From assembly GCA_050115495.1 (NCBI GenBank), contig JASFQK010000016.1, positions 1 to 64,000 on the forward strand: a stretch of DNA of 64,000 nt. The letters run 5' to 3'. The notes under the pieces are model-generated. The model was not told the origin of the DNA and did not search any database. It worked only from the letters and a program-made list of their open reading frames with translations. The DNA comes from Phycisphaerae bacterium. Lineage in GTDB: Bacteria > Planctomycetota > Phycisphaerae > UBA1845 > Fen-1342. The position numbers were made by a program, and so were the translations under genes. Positions within the stretch are counted from its first letter, which is position 1. The number at the start of each line of letters is the position of its first letter. Shown in pieces: positions 57,562 to 64,000 of the stretch.

Positions 57562-57966
57562 ATGGTCGAGCAGATCAGCATTCGCACATCCGGCCAGGGG
57601 CTACGCGAGATCACCTCGGAAATACAGGCTGTGGTACGGGCTGCCGGCGTGCGGGAGGGGTTGTGTACGGTGCTCGTGCAGCATACGTCTGCGAGCCTGC
57701 TCATCCAGGAGAACGCCGACCCGAGTGCCCGGCGGGATCTGGAGGCGTGGCTGAATCGGCTGGTGCCGGAGGATGACCCGCTGTACACGCACACGGCGGA
57801 GGGCGGGGACGATATGCCGGCGCACGTGAAGGCGGCGCTGACGGCGACCAGTTTGTCGATTCCTGTAAGCTCCGGGCGGCTGGGGCTGGGGACGTGGCAG
57901 GGGATCTACGTGTGGGAGCACCGCCGACGGGGCGGCCAGCGGCGGTGCCTGGTGCACGTGGCGTGA
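57562..57966 (+). CDS. yjbQ: YjbQ family (secondary thiamine-phosphate synthase) protein
   Basis: HTSASLLIQENAD, DMPAHVK, LGTWQGIY. Confidence 0.9.
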   Translation: MVEQISIRTSGQGLREITSEIQAVVRAAGVREGLCTVLVQHTSASLLIQENADPSARRDLEAWLNRLVPEDDPLYTHTAEGGDDMPAHVKAALTATSLSIPVSSGRLGLGTWQGIYVWEHRRRGGQRRCLVHVA

Positions 57967-57998
57967 CTGAGATCGGGATTGCCGCGGGCCCGTGCGGG

Positions 57999-58616
57999 TC
58001 ACTTCGTGTCGTCGCCGGAGCCGATGGTCGATTCTCCACACTCGGGGCAGCGGTCGCCGAAGTGGCCGGTGAGGTTGTAGCCGCAGTGCCGACAGGCCCG
58101 GTAGGCCCTCCAGGCAACGCCGCGACTCGCCGCCGTCATGACGATGAGCCAGAGCAGCAGACCGAGCAGCCAGGCACCGTACAGGCCATACAACTGGCCA
58201 CGCGTCATGGGTTCCAGCACCCCGCCGCTGCCCAGCGGCGCGTACAACTCCTTGAACTTCAGCAGGATGACAAACGCCGGTGAGATCAGCACCAAGGTCA
58301 GAGCCCAGCATAGCCGGCTGAAGCGGCGGAAGTGGTCCCACGTGGACTTCCATCTCGCTCCGTGCCAGAACGCTACCAGTTGCCCGATCGCCAGGCCGAC
58401 CGTGATGACGCCGCTGTAGAGCACAGCCCGAAACACCAGATCTCTCGCCAGCGAAGCGGCCGTTCCACGGTCGTTCCTGGTCTCGCGCGCGTGCCGGTCG
58501 GCGACGATGAGCACGGGTATGCAGGCAAGAAGGACAACGCCGACGATGAGCCGCTGTCGGGCGCCTCGTGCAGGCGTGTTCCCTCCGCCCCGCGGCTGTT
58601 TCCCAAAGACGCTCAT
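57999..58616 (-). CDS. membrane protein with C-terminal zinc ribbon
   Basis: 4 TM segments; CRHCGYNLTGHFGDRCPECG. Confidence 0.75.
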   Translation of the reverse strand: MSVFGKQPRGGGNTPARGARQRLIVGVVLLACIPVLIVADRHARETRNDRGTAASLARDLVFRAVLYSGVITVGLAIGQLVAFWHGARWKSTWDHFRRFSRLCWALTLVLISPAFVILLKFKELYAPLGSGGVLEPMTRGQLYGLYGAWLLGLLLWLIVMTAASRGVAWRAYRACRHCGYNLTGHFGDRCPECGESTIGSGDDTK

Positions 58617-58799
58617 CGGACGTGACGTCCTTGCCCTGGACTGGTCGGGCGGGCCGACGCGGCGTCCCGCTCGCCCCGCAACCAGTATAGGTGCCGCGCG
58701 GCCGTCCAGTCAGTCCGCCGGCCTACTGGCATCGGCGGCGCAGAAGGGTTACAAACCTCGCAGTGGCCGCCATTCTCGCGGCCGGAATGGGGATCATCA

Positions 58800-59591
58800 A
58801 TGCCGAAGTACCTCCTGGCTGTCGCCATCGTGCTCGCGCTGCTCGCTGTGCTGCGTTTTCTGCGCTGGCGACGGATGCGCAAGCTGGCCGCGGGTATCCT
58901 GAATGACCTGGAGCGGATACACGTCCCGCGGCACGAGTACCGGCCGGCGAATCCGGGCGACTTCCCTCACGTGGACCAGGACTTCTACGACGGCAACAGC
59001 GCGTTCCTGTCGCAGAATGGTTTCAGGTTCCTCGCAGACATGGAGAACGTTACCGTCAACGCCGCGTGTCACGTGGTGCGCACGTACATCCGCACAATGC
59101 TGGCCGACGATGGAACGACCGCCGTCAGCCTCTACGACCCGAGGCGCGCGCCAGAGCCTGGTCAGCCGGCGGTCGAAGCGGTGACGAAGCTGGGCGGCGT
59201 GGCCGACTTCGGCACGGACTTCACAGACGGCACGTTTATCGGCACCAGCAACGCCCCGGACGCCGACGTCTGGGAGTTGCCGCCGCAGATGCAGACCGAG
59301 CACCTCGGCGCGGATGCGACGCTCACGGAGCTCATTGTGCGCCATGCCGAACGCGTCGTGCAGTACGCCGACGAGCGTCCGGACGCCCACCCGGTCGTGT
59401 TCCATTCCCTGGAGGACGTGCTGGCCTCCGCGCAGCAGACGCAGGCCGTCCGGGCGGCCCACCGGCGTTCGTTGGGCATGATCACGCGGGAGGAACTGCG
59501 GCGGTTGGCCGGCGGTCGGCAGGGCTTCGCGGACGAGCTGTATGCGGAAATCCAGCGGTTGCGGGCCAAACGCCGTCCGGCAGGGGAGTAG
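58800..59591 (+). CDS. hypothetical protein with N-terminal membrane anchor
   Basis: 263-aa ORF with genome-typical codon usage and an N-terminal TM. Confidence 0.7.
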   Translation: MPKYLLAVAIVLALLAVLRFLRWRRMRKLAAGILNDLERIHVPRHEYRPANPGDFPHVDQDFYDGNSAFLSQNGFRFLADMENVTVNAACHVVRTYIRTMLADDGTTAVSLYDPRRAPEPGQPAVEAVTKLGGVADFGTDFTDGTFIGTSNAPDADVWELPPQMQTEHLGADATLTELIVRHAERVVQYADERPDAHPVVFHSLEDVLASAQQTQAVRAAHRRSLGMITREELRRLAGGRQGFADELYAEIQRLRAKRRPAGE

Positions 59592-59654
59592 CCCGGACCA
59601 CCCGCCGGCCGGCGACGCGCGTTGCCCAGATAAGGGCCAAGCCGGGCCCGGCGC

Positions 59655-59682
59655 TTGACTTGACGGGCTGGGGTGGTACGCT
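59655..59682 (+). promoter_or_regulatory. sigma70 promoter of the tRNA gene
   Basis: TTGACT-N16-TACGCT with extended TG. Confidence 0.55.
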
Positions 59683-59718
59683 AAGTGTCTGTCGGCGGTC
59701 GTCCGAACGCCCCGCCGA

Positions 59719-59786
59719 TCCCCAATAGCTCAATGGTAGAGCGAGCGGCTGTTGACCGCTTGTAGGTTCGAGTCCTACTCGGGGAG
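59719..59786 (+). tRNA. degenerate tRNA-Asn(GTT), probable pseudogene
   Basis: D arm GCTC-AATGGTA-GAGC, anticodon arm AGCGG-CTGTTGA-CCGCT, T arm GTAGG-TTCGAGT-CCTAC; variable region reduced to 1 nt, G at 37, one acceptor-stem mismatch. Confidence 0.85.
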
Positions 59787-59831
59787 CTTGAGTTTTGACG
59801 GGGTATTTCCCCGACCTGATAGTTGACGGAG

Positions 59832-59861
59832 AGCCCCGGAGCGAAAGCCGCCGGGGCTTTT
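59832..59861 (+). terminator. intrinsic terminator after the tRNA
   Basis: AGCCCCGG/CCGGGGCT stem followed by a T-tract. Confidence 0.75.
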
Positions 59862-60093
59862 CTGTAACCTATTGGAACCAAAGGGTTATGGCCAGTTTCG
59901 AACGACAACCCGATTCTCTGTTTCGCAAGAGACTGACTGGGGTCCAAGAGCAACCATCGTGGTTGCTTTCGGCAGCGCGGAAATTTGGCCGCGAACTCTC
60001 GCACTCTCTCGTGAACAGATCGAGCCGCGTTAACCGCCAGGTTGCTTCCGCACCCCGTAGCGATTTCGGACTCTCTGGCGAGTGAGGCCCCGA

Positions 60094-60633
60094 ATGAACT
60101 CATCGCAGTCCACCGAAGCACCTCGCGCCCTGATTCTGGCCGGCCCCAACGGCTCGGGCAAGACCACGTTCGCCACGGAATTTCTGACGGCCGAAGGCTA
60201 CTGCCCGACATTCCTCAACGCCGACCTGATCGCCGCTGGTTTGTCGCCGTTCGCCCCGGAAAAGGCCAACATCACCGCTATGCGACTGATGGCCGAACGT
60301 ATCCGCGAGTGTGTCGATCAGCGGCTGGATTTTTCGGTTGAATCAACGCTGGCCGGTCGAACCTACGCCAACCTGATCCGTGAATGGAAACAAGTTGGCT
60401 ACGTCGTGAAGATCGTTTTCTTGCGACTGGATTCTCCGGAAATGGCCATCGCCCGTGTTCAACACCGCGTGCGGATGGGCGGGCACAACATCCCTGAACC
60501 GGTCATCCGGCGGCGATTCGAACAGGGCTGGTCGAACTTTCAGAACACCTACAAGGCACTGGTGGATAGCTGGCAGGTCTATGATGCAACCAGAACTCCG
60601 CCGGCGCTCATTGACGAAGGAGGCCAGGCATAA
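60094..60633 (+). CDS. zeta-toxin-like / COG4185-type P-loop ATPase
   Basis: LAGPNGSGKTT, NADLIA, ESTLAG, RVxHRVRMGGHNIP. Confidence 0.85.
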   Translation: MNSSQSTEAPRALILAGPNGSGKTTFATEFLTAEGYCPTFLNADLIAAGLSPFAPEKANITAMRLMAERIRECVDQRLDFSVESTLAGRTYANLIREWKQVGYVVKIVFLRLDSPEMAIARVQHRVRMGGHNIPEPVIRRRFEQGWSNFQNTYKALVDSWQVYDATRTPPALIDEGGQA

Positions 60634-60827
60634 TGAATTGGTCAGACAAGAATAAAGACATGGCTGGCACACAAGCGGCAATGCTTCGCGCCACCCGCAA
60701 GGCGATCAGCGAAGCCAAGCTGCGCGGCGAACTCGTTCCTCAATGGCGCGACGGCAAAGTTGTCTGGGTACGCCCGGAAGAGGTCGAATTGCCCCCGGCA
60801 CAAGGGGACCAGTCACCGGAGAGATAG
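60633..60827 (+). CDS. small partner protein (putative antitoxin)
   Basis: TAATG overlap with the ATPase gene; WRDGKVVWV motif typical of partners of this ATPase family. Confidence 0.7.
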   Translation: MNWSDKNKDMAGTQAAMLRATRKAISEAKLRGELVPQWRDGKVVWVRPEEVELPPAQGDQSPER

Positions 60828-60835
60828 GTGCAGCC

Positions 60836-61786
60836 ATGACAGTCGATTTGCAGCCGTGGGCGAAGCCTTTGAAGGCTTTCTCCGACTGGATCGATGCTGT
60901 AAACCAGACCGCCGGCAAGCATTGGTTGCGAAGGCTCAAATCAAACCAGTCCGAGCAAGTTGAGAGTGCTGTTGCTGAGGCTGTCGTCTGGGATTTCATA
61001 GGACGCCGCTGTGATTCGACTTTCTTGAATGAATCGCCAGGCACGGGTGGGATTGATTTCGGGTTCGTCATTGATGGTTACAGCTTCTTCGTCGAAGTCA
61101 CAAACATTTCGACCAAGGCTGCATCAACAGCGAGTGCTATGCCGGATAGAGACCCTTTTGCCGGACACTACGGTTTGCTCACGAAAAACATTCGGCAGAA
61201 AATCAGAGGCAAGCTGAAGCAAGCGCGATGTCGATCGGATCGTCCCCTACTTGTAGCGGTGACAACACTGCACTGGAATGCGAGTCACGCGTGCATCAAT
61301 CGAATGGCAGTTGAGTTTGCGATGGGGTCGCCACCGAAAATAACGGGTAAGTTCAATCCGAATACGGGTGAAGTCGAAGGGGATCTCTACCAGTCCACGG
61401 ATCTGAGTCAGTCGGTGTTTCTCTCGCCGCGGCCAGTGAACGGGCCGGACGGTTTGCCGATCGCGCAGGCGAGACATCAACCGATTTCTGGATTTCTCGT
61501 TGGCAGCTTTGGTCTCAGCCCTAGGAGTGTTTGTGTTTTGGGCGCGCTCAATCCTGAAGCATCCCGACCATTTAATCCCGCTATGCTTCCGGATATTCCG
61601 TTCTGCTCGTTTCGAGAGTGGCCGGTGACAACGGAGATGGGTTTTAATTGGACCATATCAGAGGCCGATGAGCGAGAGCGCCAACAGCAGGCTGCTGAGC
61701 AGCGTCTTCGCGCTGCGGGATACGGCGAAGTTCTGGACGCCATACGCAAAGAGATTGTGCGTCAATCCGGGAGCTACGCAGACTGA
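60836..61786 (+). CDS. hypothetical protein with PD-(D/E)XK-like motif
   Basis: AEAVV...GIDF...FVEVT spacing; lower GC, atypical codon usage. Confidence 0.65.
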   Translation: MTVDLQPWAKPLKAFSDWIDAVNQTAGKHWLRRLKSNQSEQVESAVAEAVVWDFIGRRCDSTFLNESPGTGGIDFGFVIDGYSFFVEVTNISTKAASTASAMPDRDPFAGHYGLLTKNIRQKIRGKLKQARCRSDRPLLVAVTTLHWNASHACINRMAVEFAMGSPPKITGKFNPNTGEVEGDLYQSTDLSQSVFLSPRPVNGPDGLPIAQARHQPISGFLVGSFGLSPRSVCVLGALNPEASRPFNPAMLPDIPFCSFREWPVTTEMGFNWTISEADERERQQQAAEQRLRAAGYGEVLDAIRKEIVRQSGSYAD

Positions 61787-62222
61787 CCGCCCCATGGCCG
61801 CTCAATCTTCACTCCGCTACGCCAGGATCGCTGGACCGTGCCGCGACTGCACCTCTGGCTGTGTCGGCTCTTTTTCCAGGTATACCGCCGCGGAGCCGCA
61901 GTGCGGACAGCGTCCTGCGCGTTGTCCGCCAAGGTCGCCCGCTCCGCCAAGGCCAGCGGCAACGTGGCCTGGGCCAGAGTCTCGACCTGGTCCTCGAAGT
62001 CCGCGAACGTGGCCCCCTTCAGCGGGATGGTCTCGTCCGTCGGAATGACCCGGTCCAACTGGGCGGCGAACGCCGCCAGAACCCGGGCCCGCGCCTCCCC
62101 TCGTGTCGTCCGTGCTGGCATGTCTGCTTCCTCCTTGAAGCACTCCCACTCGCTCGGCTCGCCGCCGGGCCCAACCGCCTCCTATCCTACCCCCAGAACC
62201 CCGCCCCAAGTGTCACGCACCC
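61787..62222 (-). pseudogene. truncated, frameshifted IS remnant (ISKra4-like ORF)
   Basis: MPARTT...TFADFEDQVE frame shifts into RCPHCGS...SRHGPAILA then stops; possible terminal sequence GGGTGCGTGACA at 62222; family recalled from motif style only. Confidence 0.5.
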
Positions 62223-62382
62223 GGCGACGCGGGAAGGCTGGCGGGGGGGGGGGGCTCGCGGGGGTGGCCGGGGGTGTGGTACACTGCTGGATTCTAGAAA
62301 CGGCTCCGCTGGCGGTGCCGCCGATGTGGTGCAGAAGACGTAGGCGGCCGGGCGGCTTGATGAACCCTGTGGAGGTTGGGAC

Positions 62383-63564
62383 GTGTCCAAGCGTACGATC
62401 GTGGCCATGCCGGGCGACGGCATCGGCAAAGTAGTGCTGCCCGAGGCGCAGCGTGTGCTCCAGGCGGCGGGTTTCGAGGCTGAATACGTCCACGGCGACA
62501 TCGGCTGGGATTTCTGGATCAGCGAGGGCAACGCCCTGCCCGATCGGACGATTAAGCTGCTCGAACAGCACAAGATCGGTCTGTTCGGCGCCATCACGTC
62601 CAAGCCGAAGGACAAGGCCGACGCCGAGCTGTCGCCGGCGCTGCGCGGCAAAGGCTACGTGTACTACAGCCCGATCGTCACGATGCGGCAGCACTTCAAC
62701 CTCGACATCTGCATCCGGCCGTGTCGGTCGTTCCCGGGCAACCCGCTGAACTTCGTCCGGCGGGAGGGCGACGGTTTCGTCGAGCCTCCGGTGAACGCGG
62801 TCATCTTCCGCCAGAACACCGAAGGGCTGTACAGCGGCGTCGAGTGGACAAACCCGCCGGACCCGGTGTACGCGGCGCTGGCCACGCATCCGCGGTTTGC
62901 CAACTACAAGAGCTGCCCGCGGGCCGACCTGGCCGTCTCGACGCGGATCTTCACCCGCAACGCCTGCCGGCGGATCGCCAAGGCGGCGTTCGAGTACGCG
63001 AAGAAGTTCGGTTATCGGTCCGTCACGATCTGCGAGAAGCCGAACGTCATTCGCGAGACGTCCGGCATGCTCACGCTCGAGACGCGGGCCATCGGCCGCG
63101 ACTACCCGGGCATCGAGATCTGGGAGACGAACATCGACGCCCAGATGATGTGGCTGACGAAGAACCCTGAGGACTACGGCGTGATCGTCGCCGGCAACAT
63201 GTTCGGCGACATCGTGTCGGACGGCTTTGCGGGCCTGGTCGGCGGGCTCGGCTTCGCGTGCAGCGCGAACATCGGCGACGAGGTGGCGGTCTTCGAGCCG
63301 ACGCACGGCTCGGCCCCGAAGTATGAGAAGCTCAATCCGCCGATCGTGAACCCAATCGCCATGATCCTGTCGGCGTGCATGATGCTGGATCACATCGGCG
63401 AGACGGCGAGGGCAACGAAGATCCGCGACGCGATCGCGGCGGTCGTACAGGAAGGCAAGGTCCGCATGTACGACATGATGAAGCTGAAGGGCGGCCCGGA
63501 CGTGATCGGCCAGGGCGCCGCCACGACGTCGCAAATGACGGACGCGGTCATCGCGAAGCTGTAG
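62383..63564 (+). CDS. isocitrate/isopropylmalate (beta-decarboxylating) dehydrogenase family protein
   Basis: PGDGIG, RQNTEGLY, NMFGDIVSD, FEPTHGSAPKY, NPIAMILS; substrate not assignable. Confidence 0.92.
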   Translation: MSKRTIVAMPGDGIGKVVLPEAQRVLQAAGFEAEYVHGDIGWDFWISEGNALPDRTIKLLEQHKIGLFGAITSKPKDKADAELSPALRGKGYVYYSPIVTMRQHFNLDICIRPCRSFPGNPLNFVRREGDGFVEPPVNAVIFRQNTEGLYSGVEWTNPPDPVYAALATHPRFANYKSCPRADLAVSTRIFTRNACRRIAKAAFEYAKKFGYRSVTICEKPNVIRETSGMLTLETRAIGRDYPGIEIWETNIDAQMMWLTKNPEDYGVIVAGNMFGDIVSDGFAGLVGGLGFACSANIGDEVAVFEPTHGSAPKYEKLNPPIVNPIAMILSACMMLDHIGETARATKIRDAIAAVVQEGKVRMYDMMKLKGGPDVIGQGAATTSQMTDAVIAKL

Positions 63565-63575
63565 CGGGCGGGCCA

Positions 63576-63726
63576 TGTGGCACCGGATTGCATCCGGTGC
63601 GTCGCTTGACGCCCGCGTCGGATGTAGCGTCGGCCCCCCGTGGCCGACGTCGAGTACGAAAGACGTTGGTTTTCGTGGCGGGCCTGCGGTCGTTCGTTGA
63701 ATCGTGCCACTGCTCTGTGAGCAGCG
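63576..63726. repeat. mosaic cluster of REP-like palindromes (families A, C, F)
   Basis: 63576-63601, 63624-63653 and 63704-63726 each have counterparts elsewhere in the window. Confidence 0.8.
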
Positions 63727-63801
63727 TCTTCTCGCGCAACCAGCGATCGGCCTTGGTCGGAAGGCAGCCGCGCGCGTAGCCCAGTCAACCAGGATCGTCC
63801 G

Positions 63802-64000
63802 ATGCCAGGGCAGTCCAGACCGCCGCTGCGACGCAAGACGACCCCCAAGGTCCAGGGTGGCAAGCCCCTGCGCAAGAGCCGGACCGCACTGACGCCGCAT
63901 CCACTGCAGATCCCCTCATCGGTTCCCTGGATCGACCGCGAACGCCCCGGTCCCAGCCACCGCCACTTTCTACGCAAGAAGGACATCCTGGAGTTCATCG
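63802..64000 (+). CDS. hypothetical protein, 5' part (runs off the window)
   Basis: open frame from ATG 63802: MPGQSRPPLRRKTTPKVQGG...IDRERPGPSHRHFLRKKDILEFI. Confidence 0.6.
   Translation, partial: MPGQSRPPLRRKTTPKVQGGKPLRKSRTALTPHPLQIPSSVPWIDRERPGPSHRHFLRKKDILEFI

Noticed and set aside
59888..60085. Integrase remnant after the tRNA
   Set aside because: The short ORF has no recognisable recombinase motif.

Overview
High-GC bacterial chromosomal DNA, most likely Planctomycetota class Phycisphaerae. This is inferred from the H-X9-DG-type pseudopilin, CxxCGYxLxG...CPECG zinc-ribbon membrane proteins, GDLNCDG dockerin-like C-termini, tandem zinc-ribbon signal peptidases and S/TQP linkers. Most of the window is housekeeping and peptide metabolism: secreted S8 and M14 proteases, a deoxyhypusine-synthase-like gene, mpg, an M29 aminopeptidase, mcsA-mcsB, UbiA, pyrF, trpG/pabA, sppA, putA, two lepB, lptB, a complete iscR-S-U-A-hscB-hscA-fdx operon, two POT-like MFS transporters, a cyclophilin-FKBP fusion and an isocitrate/isopropylmalate-family dehydrogenase. 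Accessory material comprises several dispersed REP-like palindrome families, a MITE-like insert, two lower-GC orphan genes and a small islet behind a degenerate tRNA-Asn (zeta-toxin-like ATPase pair, nuclease-like gene, IS remnant). The best leads are: (i) a promoter- and terminator-bounded ~300-nt transcript carrying a 17-nt complement of the 16S rRNA 3' end in front of a 9-codon ORF; (ii) a sigma54-driven structured, GGA-rich intergenic RNA; (iii) a histone-H1-like/Bcp peroxiredoxin fusion; (iv) a POT transporter with an extra domain at the position of the mammalian PepT1 ectodomain; (v) an IHF/DnaA-box-rich intergenic region. No CRISPR array, rRNA, integrase or reverse transcriptase was seen. 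All calls come from reading motifs by eye, without database searches.
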